Notes under the pieces: generated by a model
What the model was told of the DNA's origin: nothing
Database searches by the model: none
What the model saw: only the letters and a program-made list of their open reading frames with translations
Made by a program: the position numbers and the translations under genes
Part shown: piece after piece, positions 1 to 14,192 of the stretch
Position numbering within the stretch: position 1 is the first letter of the stretch
Layout of the letters: each line of letters opens with the position of its first letter
From: Octopus vulgaris
Lineage: Eukaryota
Direction of reading: 5' to 3'
Length of the DNA stretch: 64,000 nucleotides
Assembly: GCA_951406725.2 (NCBI GenBank)
Contig: OX597821.1
Location: 52,886,001-52,950,000, forward strand

Positions 1-91
1 CAACGATGTAAGTTAAAAAGTTAAACCAAATTGTTGACATTATTAAACAAATCATTAATTCATTAATTAAACTGCAAACTGAAAAACCAAC

Positions 92-806
92 CTGCATAGC
101 GTAGCCCGACGCTTTCCTTTAAGACATGTTTGGCATCTTGAGTATGTTCGAGCCAGATATGCTCCTCGTATCGAAATCTTTTCGCTGTCATATGTTTAGC
201 AATTGCACTGGAAGCCAAATAACAAAAATTAGGTGAAATACTGTCATATCCTTTATATTGGCTGATGAGTTTGGCCCGATCCCATTTATGGCCCTTAAGG
301 ATCTGTAAAAAGTAAAATCCCAATGTGTCAAATGTAATTCCCATCCGAGTAAGCGTTTTATATTCATCCTTGGGTTCAGTTTTTGCAGCAAAATCGTGCG
401 CCATTGCCCCCGGGGTGACGACGGGTAGATTCCAGTACACTGCATAACGTGCCACCGGTGCAAGGCTGTAGTCGCAAACAGGGCCGAAAAATACATTCAC
501 TGTTTTGTTACTGTAGAAATCGAAAGCTCTGATGGGTCCAAGCTGGCTACTGCAACGAGAATCTGCATATAAAGCCACGATCTCAACATCCGATGGTAAG
601 ATGGTGTGTCTGACTTTTTCTAGTGCCACTGTTATTGCTGGCTGGGTGCGATCCAAAGAATAGAGTCTACTATTATCACTCGGAATAATTACAGCCATAT
701 ACACTGTTTGGACGGCATGATCCAATTTTGCCAAACTTAGAAGGATGCCGAAGATAGTAAGACAACTATAGCATGTTGTTTTCGTTGACATTTTATGAAC
801 TTTCAT
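92..806 (-). CDS. First coding exon of an atrial natriuretic peptide receptor / receptor guanylyl cyclase-like protein (signal peptide plus N-terminal part of the ANF-receptor ligand-binding domain); gene continues beyond the window start
   Basis: 247-aa ORF with a hydrophobic signal peptide (CLTIFGILLSLA) and motifs YADSRC, FFGPVCDYSLAPVARYAVYWNLPVVTPG and EYKTLTR, which resemble vertebrate NPR1/NPR3 ([28 protein letters not shown]). Splice donor GCAG|GTTGGT at 92/91, phase 1. Start is the ATG at 806 or 791. Confidence 0.88.
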
Positions 807-1364
807 TTAGTTTTAGCAAAAAGCTAGAGATTCTATTACTAAATATTATCAAATGATAACCGCGCTTGATTCCACGTTTCGCTGTGTTTTAAAAATTTGA
901 TTGTTATCATTAGTTATCTGTGTTTCGTTGTAGCCAGCAGAAATTAGTATAGAAACATTTTATCTCGTAGGAACGAACTATTTACCACTGAAACACGCTT
1001 AGTGTCATATTTCCACTTGCTCACGAGACATACTAAATCTCCGTGTCATAGTTTCCCTCAAAAAAAAAAAAAAGGCAACCAAAAATAACAAAAAGAAAAA
1101 TCAATTAATTAAATTGAAACCTGCTTTTACAGTGAAGCTAGAACCGGCATCTGTAAACGCATGCGGCTATCTATATTTTCTCTACACTAAACAGTGTGAT
1201 CGCACTCACACAAATACACAGGCAAACGGATATTCACAAACAAACGCGCGCATAAAAAGACGCAACTACGGATACGCATGCTTAGAAACTAAGTATACAC
1301 GCATACAGACATATATACACACATACATATACACACACACTCAATCACACATATACACACACAT

Positions 1365-1448
<84 letters not shown>

Positions 1449-1613
1449 TCAATCACACACAGAGCTAAAGCTAAACGTGGAATAATGTAAAACTATGTGA
1501 CATATTTAAATACAAGTAAATATTTATATATTCCCGAAGAATTTCATATTTTATATAAATATTAAACTTTCAAAATACAAATCGCCGTTTCGCACTCACT
1601 CTGTTTCATTCAT

Positions 1614-1670
<57 letters not shown>

Positions 1671-2109
1671 AATACACACGCACACTATTCCTCTTACACT
1701 ATGCGTATATATAATTGTGTGCGTGTGTGCGTCTATGCATGTGTGAGCGTTCGCGCGTGTGTATGTGTATGTATGCGTGCATGTGTGTGTAGGTGTGTGT
1801 GTAGGTGTGTGAGTGTGTGTGTGTGTGTGTACGCGCTTTATAATGCTGTTTGGTTATTTAACAAACGAGTAAGTTATTCCGTCTATGCATTCCTCGGCGT
1901 GGTAAGATCATCAATGTGAAGTCTCCCACATTTATTATATATACAGGAGCAGAGAAAACACTCCACTCAGACGAATAAACACAAACAAGCGCGCACGCAC
2001 TGATAGATAGATAGAACCACACAAACACACATATTCACCTTAATTCATTCTCTCTCTCTCTCTCTTTCACCCACTTTATCTCACTGTCTATCTCACCCGA
2101 ACCTCCTCC

Positions 2110-2290
2110 GTGGCTCACTCACTCACTCACTCACTCACACTTCCTCCTCCTCCTCCTTCTCCTCTTCTCCGTCTCTCTGTCTCTCCGTCTCTCTCCTACC
2201 CTTTCTACTTATCACGCGTGTCTTGCCTCTACCTCTCACGTTATCTTTCTACTTATCACTCGTTTCTTCTTTCTCACTCTGTCACACCTA
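2110..2290. repeat. CT-rich low-complexity tract upstream of the receptor exon
   Basis: (CACT)n, (CCT)n and (CT)n runs are visible directly. Confidence 0.6.
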
Positions 2291-2994
2291 ATTCTATCAA
2301 AACAAGCGCCTGCGCACACTTTTCAGTTGCAGCGGAGGAATATTATACGTACGTTCATTCATTCATACATAAAATGTGTAGGAAAAGTCCTTTAGTTTCT
2401 TTCACTCTTTCACTTTCTCTTGATTTTCTGACTAACTCTGTCTCGATTTCAACCACCGCCCGCTCCACAAAAACACACACGTCGATATACACGCACACAA
2501 CGTTTTATTCTTTTCTTCTTCTTCTTTTTTTCCGAACTCCAAAAGCGAAAAGATTAGTGGGGGCAGATTACTTCAACATAAAAAAGGGGGGGGGGAAGTG
2601 AAGTTTTGCATTAAAAACAATCCAAACATTTTGACTTATTTAGATATAAGGGAAAAATTTAGATATAAATAAATTATGAAGCAGACACTTGAAAATCTAA
2701 GTTACTGTGACAGACGTGTATTATTCGTTTATTGTTTGATTTGTTGAAGTCATTGCACTGTAGTAACTAGTTTTAATAAGCCTGATGGCTTATCGTATTG
2801 TTTCATTTTGACAAACTGCTAGCTTTACAAGGCCAGAAAACAAAACGAGAACAGGTTGCCAAGAGCTGGAGAGAAACAAAAAGGAAAACAAAAATGAAAA
2901 AATATAACAAAAACAAAACAAAGTGATCAAATATCTAAGCACTATAATAACACCCATGGCGTTATTTATTTACATGTATAAATAAATGAAAAAA

Positions 2995-3015
2995 ATATAT
3001 GTATGTGTATGTGTG

Positions 3016-3090
<75 letters not shown>

Positions 3091-3160
3091 ATATATGTGT
3101 GTGTGTATATATATATGTATACATATATTAATACATATATATATATATATATATATATTC

Positions 3161-3195
<35 letters not shown>

Positions 3196-3230
3196 CAGTC
3201 ATACATACATACGTACATATATACATATTT
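2995..3230. repeat. Compound (TG)n/(TA)n microsatellite
   Basis: Direct inspection. Confidence 0.95.
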
Positions 3231-3357
3231 GTGCAACAAAATAAGCACATAAATGTGAAACAAGGTGGAAAAAAAGAGTACTCGAACACCGGAGATAGAG
3301 CAATATGCTTTATTATTATTAGAGCTGCAGAAACATCAGAAAAACTATCACAAAAAA

Positions 3358-3393
3358 TGCTACTCAGAGTTTCACGTTTCCGTTCGTCGGACA
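3358..3393 (-). ncRNA. Minimal hammerhead-like motif with variant core CCGACGA, inside a ~200-bp insert between microsatellites
   Basis: Minus strand: TGT-CCGACGA-ACG(GAAA)CGT-GAAA-CTCTGAG-TA-GCA. Helix II is ACG/CGT, helix III is the palindromic ACTC-T-GAGT, and helix I is 3 bp. Confidence 0.5.
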
Positions 3394-3447
3394 GTTTAGA
3401 TGGTACAGTATTTTTATCGCAGTATCGTTTCATATATGTATAAATGA

Positions 3448-3514
<67 letters not shown>

Positions 3515-3554
3515 TGTGTGTATGTGTGTATGTGTGTGTTTGTGTGTATGTGTG

Positions 3555-4125
<571 letters not shown>

Positions 4126-4399
4126 ACGTATCGATACATACATATATATATATATATATACATATGTATGTATGATCTAAGGACCGAGGTTTAGGAACAA
4201 AGTTAACTTCAATCAATTCGTAGTAAATATAGAAAATATACTTTCAGGGAGATTAGTGGTTTATTGAAACGGGATGTTATGGATCTTTTCTTATCGAAGT
4301 ACGATAAACTGAAAAAAGTCCGTTTTACATTCCACGGTAGGCAACCAGGGTTATCAGTTGTGCGAATACGAATACAAGAGTTAAGGAATGGTGTATAAA

Positions 4400-4783
4400 G
4401 GCACAGGCGTGACTGTGTATTAAGAAGCTGACTTCTCAACGACATGGTCGCAGGATCAGTCCCACTGCGTGGAATCTTGGGCAAGCGTTTTCTATTATAG
4501 CCTCAGGCCGACTAGAGCCGGATACTGAAAGAAGCCTGTCGTACATATGTGTATAAGTATATACATATCTATGTGTTTATCTTTGTTTGTGTTTTTCTCC
4601 CCAAAACCGGTGCTAGTGTGTTTACTTCCCCTTAACAATGCGGTTTGGCAAAAAATACCGGTAGAATAAGTACCAGACTTATAAAAAGAATGTACTGGGG
4701 TCGATATATTGGACTAAAATTTCTACAAAGCGGTGCCCTAGCGTGGTGCAGTCTAATGACTCAAAGAAGTGAAACATAAAGGA
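4400..4783 (+). mobile_element. SINE family B (tRNA-like head GGCGCAGG.GTGGCTGTGTGGTAAG..., CTTGGGCAAG motif)
   Basis: Aligns by eye with the copies at 11031, 13525, 18671 and 47062. Confidence 0.8.
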
Positions 4784-4799
4784 TATATACATACATACA

Positions 4800-4843
<44 letters not shown>

Positions 4844-4918
4844 AATAATGAGGGTGATTAGATCGTAAGTGATCTTCTAGCATATTGGATGTCCACTTAG
4901 TGGTTATCTCTTATTATA

Positions 4919-4989
<71 letters not shown>

Positions 4990-5231
4990 ATATATGTATA
5001 TATGCATGTAAGTGTGTGTGCGCGTGAGTGTATATAAATGTTTCTGTTGTGCACTGACTGACATCCCGTTTCGGACTGATTACGTTCCCGTAACAGCCAT
5101 TCCGCAATTTGTATATTTATATATACGTGCGCGCCTCTGTGTGTGTGTGTGTGGGGGGGGTATAATTGTAATTAAATAATACTTATCTAAATAGTCAGTA
5201 CATTAAATATATGATGATATCCATCTTTCAC

Positions 5232-5367
5232 TTTCAAACTGCGCCTAGGTCGATCTGCCTTTCATTCTTCTGGAGCCAATAAATTTAGTACCAGTTAAAT
5301 ACTTGCGTCGATATAATAGAATTACCCTCGCCACGGAATTTGGTGACCTTGTGCCAAAATGTGAACC
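5232..5367 (+). mobile_element. Partial SINE family C (Meta/Sauria-like central domain)
   Basis: GGTCGATCTGCCTTTCATTCTTCTGGAGCCAATAAATTTAGTACCAG resembles the copies at 26440 and 48755. Confidence 0.6.
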
Positions 5368-6211
5368 CTGTAGTTAACTCTCACGAGTTACAGTACTTTT
5401 TTTTGCTGAGAATACCAGTAACAGAACAATAACCTGTATAAATATATGAAACATCACTAGTCCTAAATAGGAAATATACGTAAACGATAGTCATACCCCA
5501 ATACCCACAGTTTATATATACACAGGTACAGGCTGTTATGCAGATGTAGACGTATATATATATGTATATATGTGTTTGTATGTGCGTATGTGTGTATATG
5601 GGGGGTAATGGATATGTAAGTAAACAGATAGATTCATACATAGGTAATATCGACAGACAAGCACACACACACATATACGCAAATGATCCTATACACATAC
5701 ACACACTTCACACATACACAAAGTCACATGGAGACACGCATCTATATATAACAGACACACGTACATAGTCGCACAAACCCATACACATAGAAATACTCAA
5801 ATCATGCATACACAAGGAGACAGAGTTACATGCACAATTACACACATACATAGATACACACTCGCATACAAACACAAATACTAACACACAAACACATGAA
5901 TATGCAGAATACGTACTTACATACAAATGTACACACATGCATACATATATATATATATGCATACACATACAAGCATAAACACACGTAAATACATGCATAC
6001 ATATGCACACTGACGCACGCACATGTGCACAAACAATCAAAAAGAACTCACTCTGGTAATGGGCTAATCAACTGCTATTGAAAAGGTTGCATGACGCAAC
6101 GAAAACTATAGAAAAAAAATTATGGAGTGGAAATCGAACCGGTGAGTGTGTTAAATGATAAGGCACTAAAAAAGAATGACTCTCCCCAGACACAATAATA
6201 TTATATATATA

Positions 6212-7075
6212 CAGGGTGGGGTAGCTAAACTTGGAAAATGATAGATAATTCACCAAATTGTTTACTTTACAAAAAGCAGCCTGTTATAAATATAATTTTA
6301 ATACTGGTTTTTACGGGCATAAAGTGAAAAATTATTGAATATGTCCGCCATCATTGTTCTCTACAGGCTTTACACGCCGCCTAAAGGCATCACACATCTT
6401 CAAGATGAAGTATTCAGACATCTTGTCCCACTCTTCCCCCAGGACTTGCTTAACATGATCAACACATGGATGCGAAGCGCTGTTGGTAGAGTGCTCCAGT
6501 TTGCCCCATACGGCATAGCCCTTGGGGTTCAAGTCTGCGCTGGGTAAAGGCCTTGGCAGGCCAAAAGTCAGTGAAGTGGTCTTCGCAGAATTTCTGCACT
6601 TTCTTCGCTGCATGAGCAGGCGCACTATCTTGATTCCATACACAATTATCGTTGGGGATGTTAGACTTCGGCCAAGGCAGAACCTTATACCGCAAGAATT
6701 TATAATAAATTACAGTCCTAACATTTTCTTCAGACTTGAAAAAATGGAGAGGCATCTTTTTTTCCGTCAGACACCATGACTCCGAGTACCATGACTTGAG
6801 CTGGGTGTTTGGTCCTAAAGACGCCTTTTACTTCAGAAGGTTACTTAGCAATACATCGATCGTTGCGAGGGTAACAATTTTATCATCTGAAGAGATTTTC
6901 ACGGTTTTCCATTGTGCTGCAGGTATCGCAACACTTTTTGGGCCCTTTCATTCTTTCTTTCATTGCATGAGTCAATAGATGTCCTCATGTATGATTCCAA
7001 CTGTAAATCAGTGTATACAGCATTTCTGATCGTCTTTAGATCAACTTTGATGTCCATGGACAGATCCACGTACAA
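6212..7075 (-). mobile_element. Tc1/mariner transposase relic (DDD-type, maT-like), frameshifted
   Basis: ORF fragments WNQDSAPAH..FWPA and SADLNPKGYAVWGKLE..FRRRVKPVENNDGGHIQ; TA-CAGGGTG terminus at 6210. Confidence 0.85.
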
Positions 7076-7082
7076 ATATATA

Positions 7083-7393
7083 CAGAGTGATTCAAAAGTC
7101 TCCATACATTGGAAAAATTTATATTTTTATAAGTAACAGTTTATAAGATCACCTAGATTCTCTGACCCCCTCTTGATTTCTAACTTTGCGGGTATTTGAA
7201 AGGCATGGTGTATCGCGGAAAGATAAAAGACATAGATCATTTGAAGGAACACATCATCAACTCATTTGCACACGTGTATTGAAAACAATGGTAACCATAT
7301 AGAGCTTGGTAAATAAATAAAGAAACTGTTCTTATAAACTGTATCTTATAAAAAAATAAATTGTTCCTATGTATGGGGATTTTTAAACGACGC

Positions 7394-7395
<2 letters not shown>
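7083..7395 (+). mobile_element. Internally deleted Tc1/mariner element (MITE-like) with ~27-bp imperfect TIRs
   Basis: CAGAGTGATTCAAAAGTCTCCATACAT versus the reverse complement of ATGTATGGGGATTTTTAAACGACGCTG; the interior encodes a decayed PLDF..GYLKGMVYRGKIKDIDHLKEHI. Confidence 0.7.
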
Positions 7396-7432
<37 letters not shown>

Positions 7433-7452
7433 CCTTACAACAGGTTCATAAT

Positions 7453-7499
<47 letters not shown>

Positions 7500-7518
7500 A
7501 TACCTTTACAACAGGTTC

Positions 7519-7557
<39 letters not shown>

Positions 7558-7562
<5 letters not shown>

Positions 7563-7839
7563 CTTGATCACTGTGACCGACCAGCCGATCAGATGTTGCT
7601 ACACAACGCTGGTCACAATGCACTTCGCATTGTTTTAGCCTTGAAATGACGCCACCCCGCTGGCTAAGCGAGCAGGCCAATAGAAGAAAGAGTGAGAACA
7701 AGTTGTGGCGAAAGAGTACAGCAGGGATCGCCACCACCTTCTGCCGGACCCTCGTGGATCTGTAGGTGTTTTCGCTCAATAAACCGCGATCCCACAACCG
7801 CGAGTCCGCTGCCCTAACCACTGGGTCATTGCGCCTCCA
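7558..7839 (-). mobile_element. SINE family A (tRNA-Arg-like head), tail type 1
   Basis: Head TGGAGGCGCAATGACCCAGTGGTTAGGGCAGCGGACTCGCGG; body and tail shared with 61558-61825. Confidence 0.85.
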
Positions 7840-8517
7840 CATATATATACATATGTGTGTGTGTGTGTGTGTATAAAAGTTATAAAGATATATAAAATGA
7901 AATATACATATATACATATGTTAATTCATTACTGGTTTACTTGTTTCGGCTTGTAAGCTGGTGCCATGCCGGGTCAGCGCTATTGATGTTTTTGCATCTC
8001 AGGTAATCTTACTTTAATATTTTGCTTAAGTTTTGGGACAAGTCCTTCTTGGATCTTCCAGATGTATATCACAACACATCTTGCCTCTTTTCACTCCAGA
8101 GTCTTAATCATTTGAATCTTTCCCGCTAGCTAACCTACTACGTTGAGACGATCTTTGTATCGCTTCGTTTCATTGCTCTTGTTTATGTCATTTATATTAC
8201 AATGTAGTTGGAAGCAAAAGACAAAACAGCTTAGGACGAATATCCACCGAATGAAAATCATAGTTCACTCCTTTCTTAGAATTTCCCCCCTGCAAACAAC
8301 CAAAATGTCATGCCAAATAGCTAATACACACATCAAATAATGCACCATCACTCATGCCAATGCGCAAGACTTATTCTGACTTGGAAACTGTATTGTATAG
8401 TGTCTGTAATACATTTTGCTTCGATGTTGTACGGTTTGAAATTTGTCAGCATCAACCTACGTGCTATTGTCTCCAATCTACTTGTGCATTGCAGATAACT
8501 CTTGGCACAGTTTTGTG

Positions 8518-8555
<38 letters not shown>

Positions 8556-9477
8556 ATGTGTGATTGCGTCTGTATGTGTGTGTGTGTGAACGAGCGTGTG
8601 TACGTGTGTGCATGTGTACGTGCGCGTGTGCGTGTATGTTCATTCAAATATATATTATATAGAGAGATACAATAATTACATAAACAACGACAAACACACA
8701 CACGTTTGCGTGTGTGATTGCGTGTGTATGTGTGTGTGTGCCTGAGTGTGTGTGTGTGTGTGTACGTGCGTGTGTGCATGTGTGCGCGCGTGTGTGTGTG
8801 TACAGGGAATTGTCAGTCCTGCATGTGTAAAAGAAACTGAAAATCATTACAACAATGGAGTATCATCGCAACAGCTTACGCATTCATGGAAAATGAAAAC
8901 ATATATATATAATGAATAAATAATAAAACAAAAATATGTAGGCTTTGCACAATAAACGGGATTAATTATTTCTTGCAAATAAAATATTACTTAATCGAAG
9001 AAGTGATTTGCGTCATAGCCTTCAAGGATAAATTTATCAACCTTTTCAGCTTTCTTCGAAATAACTCCAGGTAAATGGACAGCCATAGCACAATTAATTG
9101 GCCAGTAATAATTTATCCACAAAACGGAAGTTTATATCATACTAACACCCCTATTACCGGATGCATGTGTTTATACATGGCTGCTTCTTTGGATATTTGT
9201 ATATATGGGTGTGTTGATTTCTATATATATATAACAAACAGGGATGTATACATCTTGTATACAATTAAACATTAATCGCTGCCTATCTATTTATTTTCCA
9301 ATATATCTACAACTATATCCAAATCTCTATCCATCCATCTATCTGTCTGTCTCTCTGTTAATCTATCTGTGTCTCTGTTAATCTATCTGTGTCTCTGTTA
9401 ATCTATCTGTCTATCTATCTATCATCTATCCATTTATCTATATAGCTGCCTATTTACCTATCTATCTATCTATCTAT

Positions 9478-9559
<82 letters not shown>

Positions 9560-11030
9560 GGTGAGCGAGAGCGTGCGTGCGTGCGAGTGTGTGCTCTATG
9601 TTTGTTTGTGTGTGTGTGTGTAATTCTGTACGTTTAGGGTGCATATATTTGTGCGTGTATATCTGTATATGTATGTATGTATTATGGCTGTTTACTTCTG
9701 TTTGCAAAGATAATACGTAGATATAAAATTGAACAGAAAATATATACCGGTTGCAATGTTTTATGGCTGTCTATACCCTTTACTAGTGAACTTTAAATCA
9801 TGAAAGAAAAACAGCTGATAAAATAACCCAATAAAACTATTAATCAAAAAGTGGTTTGGTATTTTTATTAACATTCTCTCTTGCAACATTTTTTCTGCTG
9901 TCTACATCTTCCTGATGGTTTTTGTACAAATTTTCCCAACAGGTATCAAATAAAAGTTGCTTCTTCTAGTTAATTACTTAGAATCTCTTGCCATTTCCAC
10001 GATGATTGACTCTCACTCTCTCTCAGCCGTTTTTGAATTCAATAACTTTACCTGTTAAAATATAACTACCATATATAACAACACAGACATACACAAATGT
10101 GTCAGTGTGGGTGTGTGGGGATTCAGCAAGGCATGCCTGAAAACGACCATCACACTGTAGCCGCCTCCGTGCAGGGTAAGGGCTGAAGTCTTTCAGTAGC
10201 ACTCTCTAACAGTGCCCGTTGTCTCAGTCCCTAACGCCACTAAACTTATGCAGAAAGGGTCTCGTTGTAGGTATTGGTGACTTGCTCTGTTGAACAAAGA
10301 GCACAATGGATATTATTAGTTTTGGAGCCAAGATTTGTGCTCCAAATCAAAGTAGCAATGGTCTGGTACAAGTGCCATGGGCCCAGTAATTACGGAGATG
10401 CAGTATTTTTTCTGTAGTTACCTTCTTTTAGATCAGCAGTTAAAGAGCTGATGGACTTCACTTGCCTTTGGTCATTTGGGTCGTGTATGAGAAACCTTCT
10501 TCCAGTAGTGAATCCATGACATACGTATCAGCACATAGTTGAGACCCTAGTAAGCACTACTATTCCGGGTCAGTGTAGATCTGTGAAACATTATGGCTCA
10601 GAGGTAATTCCACACCCACCAAAACTCAGGGTCTCCTGAACGAGAGCCATACTAGCAGATGTATTATATGTACATACATACATATTCAAACACACACGCA
10701 CATATAAATGTTATATATGCTATGAATATATGAATACAACATATGTAATTTTTGGGGACTAATGGGTATATGCAAATTATTGTGCTGAGTAAAGCAAGTT
10801 CACAGTTTGGGCTACCTGGAGGGGTATATTTCTGCTAGATTTACTTTAGGGATTCTGTAATATTAGTTGAGATAATAATAATGGATGTAGGAAACGGAAG
10901 ATCTATCTGGTACTAGTCTTTATAAAGTACCACATTAATCTTTCGTTTCCTTCATCAATTATTGTTAAGAATGCAACACATATACAATGTGTGTATGGGT
11001 AATATATATAAATATACAGCCCTCTGCATA

Positions 11031-11442
11031 CATTCTTTTATTCTTTCACTTGTTTCAGTTATGTAACTGCGGATCTGCTGGAACAGCGCCTTAACGGGTT
11101 TTACTCGAAAAAATCGACCCTAGAACTTATTCTTTGTGAGCCTAGTAATTATTATATAGGTGTCTTTTGCCGAACCGTTAAGTTACGAGGACATAAAAAC
11201 ACAAAACATCAGTTGTCAAGTGATGGTGGGGAGACAAAGACACACACACACACACACACACATATATGTACGACAGGCTTCTTTCAGTTTCCGTCTCAAG
11301 GCTGCCTCCCCTCACAAGGCTTTGGTCGGCCCAAGATTATAGTAGAAGACAGTTTCCTAAGGTGCTATGCTGCGAGACTGAACCTGGAACCATGTGTTTG
11401 GAAAGCAAAATTCTTACCACACAGCCACGACTCGACTGCGCT
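11031..11442 (-). mobile_element. SINE family B
   Basis: Similar to 13525-13917 and 47062-47476. Confidence 0.85.
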
Positions 11443-11529
11443 TATCTATATATGTATCATACATTGATAGATATGATGAGTATATATATATATAGATATA
11501 GATATATATACAATAGGTATATAATTTAC

Positions 11530-11644
11530 ATACATACATGCATGCATACATACATACATACATACATACACACATACATACATACATACATACATACATA
11601 CATACATACATACATACATACATACATACATACATACATACATA
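11530..11644. repeat. (TACA)n tetranucleotide microsatellite
   Basis: Direct inspection. Confidence 0.95.
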
Positions 11645-13524
11645 GAATGATGTAGACGCATCAGGTGAGTATACACAAAGGTACGAAAATTGATTAAGGT
11701 TGTTCATCATTTTCTCAGTCTGCGGAGAAATAGCTAAAATTTGCCCTGTTTATAATTATACCATATGTTACATCCATACTTGCTTACATACGTGCATGCT
11801 TCCATGCATTCATACTTACCATACATGTTCAGTCGTGTGGTTTATTGATCAGCATGTTGCACACATGATCGTAAGATTTTGCTTTCAGTTATTAGAACGG
11901 ATGACATGTTGTGATCTTGAGAACAGTACTTTATTTCACATTGTTTTTAATCTCCTCACCTGCCAAAATCGAGGCCACCCAGCCTTCAAGCGGTATGGAA
12001 TATTGAGATAGAATGCAGGGAAACCGGCCAAAGGAATATGTCTCGGGAAGAACCACTTTTTGATATACATGCATAAGTATCTAAGGCACACTCACATACA
12101 CAGAAACATCTGTTTATATTAGATATTAGTTGTATACATAAGCAATATATACGCATGTATATATATGTTTTATATAAATATACACATACATACATATATA
12201 CATACATACATGCATACATACATATATATATATGCGAGTGTGTCTGTATGTGGTGTATGTATGTATGAATGTATATCCACAATTATGTATATATATCTTG
12301 GTTACGCCCTTCACACAATTCCAAACGTACTTCCTGCATATGCACGCATATATACAGTGACTTAGAAATTCTTGTAAACAAAAAATAACCTTGTAATTTG
12401 AGAACTTTACTAACTATAAAAACTTGACAGAATATCAGTTAAGTTGGTTATGTTTTAGGTACACACTTTAAATTATCTATTCATCGAATTGACATGTATA
12501 TGGCCGCATATACTGCAGCAACGTGTACTCTTAACTGAACTCTCAGAGAGTATTTGAAAAAAGCTATTAGAAACAATGCTAGATCTACGAACTGAGGTAC
12601 CATTCAGCCGACTGGCTTCGACACATTTTTCTTCGTTTAATTTCACTCATAATACGTTGTAAAGGACACTTCTTTTGGCGGTTATGTAATAGTAGGGGGT
12701 CCTATAATATCATTATATAGAAACAAGCTTCTGAATTACTCGTTATACTCACACAGAATATATAGATTTACTTGTACTCTCAGCAGGTGTACTGAATATT
12801 GAGCTATGCCTGTCTGTCTGTCTATTTGTGCATCTGTCTATCTTTCTCTTACATGCAAATATGGTCTTACAGAGCGAGAGAGGGGGCGAGAGAGAAGGAG
12901 AGAGAGAAAGATGGAGAGAGATTTAATAACGTACACGTGTTTTGGCAAATTACATTATGAACCTAATAATCTCTTCGGCGTTGCACAATAAATGCAATAA
13001 TCAGTATTGAAGGCTCAGTATATATTCCCGTTATGCAAATTGGCAACACACTCGCTCGTTGAACAATGTCGCAGAAGACGACCGGCTTTAAATAATCAAG
13101 GCTACGCCACCCAACCCAAAGTGTGCAAGGAAATCATATCAGTAACAGGAATAATAATTACAATGACAATACTGATAGCAGGGACTTGGTTACAGTTCTG
13201 TCACATAAAATAGGGCGAGATAGCCTGGGACCTGTTGATTGTCAAGTTAAATGGCAAAGGCACAGCCAGTCAGTTATGTAGCAGATAAGGAAAGAGTCGA
13301 TTTCAGCACACAAACGCGCTCGAGCACACACACACGTGCGTATATGCACGAATATGCTCATATGTATACATACGCATATCACACATATGCACATGTGTAT
13401 ACAAACACTCGCACACACCATACAGATGTGTATACACACATAAATATACACAGCTATACACGCACAAAGACACACAAAAACACAGACATATATATATAAA
13501 CACATATAGACAAATTTATACATA

Positions 13525-13917
13525 TACTCTTTTATTCTTTCAGTTGTTTCAGTCATTTGACTGCGGCCATGCTAGAGCACCGCCTTTAGTCGAGCAAATC
13601 GACCCCAAGACCTCTCCTTCGTAAGCCTAGCACTTATTCTATCAGTCTCTTTGGTCGGACCGCTAAGTTACGGGGACGTAAACGCACCAGCACCGGTTGT
13701 CAGGCGATGTTGGGGGCGGGGACAAACACAGACACACAACCACACACATATATACATATATACCACGGGCTTTTTTCAGTTTCTGTCTACCAAATCCACT
13801 GACAAGGTTGTGGTCGGCCCGAGGCTATAGTAGAAGACACTTGCCCAAGGCGCCACGCAGTGGAACTGTACCCGGAACCATGTGGTTGTTAAGCAAGCTA
13901 CTTACCACACAGCCACA
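13525..13917 (-). mobile_element. SINE family B
   Basis: Near full length, high identity to 47062-47476. Confidence 0.9.
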
Positions 13918-13999
13918 CACACACGCGCATGAATAGAGATACACACGCATATATACACATATACATATACACACGTCTAAATACATTTGAAATATAGAT

Positions 14000-14192
14000 A
14001 CAACAGAAACAGGAAGATAGAGAGAAAGTTGTGAAGAAGTACAGCAGGGATCGCCACCACCCCCTGCCAGAGCCTTGTGGAGCTTTGGGTGCTTTCGCTC
14101 AATAAACACTCACAACGCCCGGTCTGGGAATCGAAACAGTGATACTACGACCGCGAGTCCACTACCCTAACCACTGGGCCATTGCGCCTTCA
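14000..14192 (-). mobile_element. SINE family A, 3'-truncated (start of tail type 2)
   Basis: Head and body match 58633-59019. Confidence 0.85.

Noticed and set aside
63-91. C-terminal end (WFFSLQFN*) of the 247-aa ORF
   Set aside because: It lies after a good splice donor and is interpreted as intron read-through.
1050-1110. Splice acceptor for a 5' UTR intron of the receptor gene (poly-T on the minus strand)
   Set aside because: The tract is followed by GAG rather than YAG; insufficient evidence without transcripts.
10120-10655. Possible LINE 5' UTR fragment
   Set aside because: GC-richer island with no diagnostic motif that I could verify.
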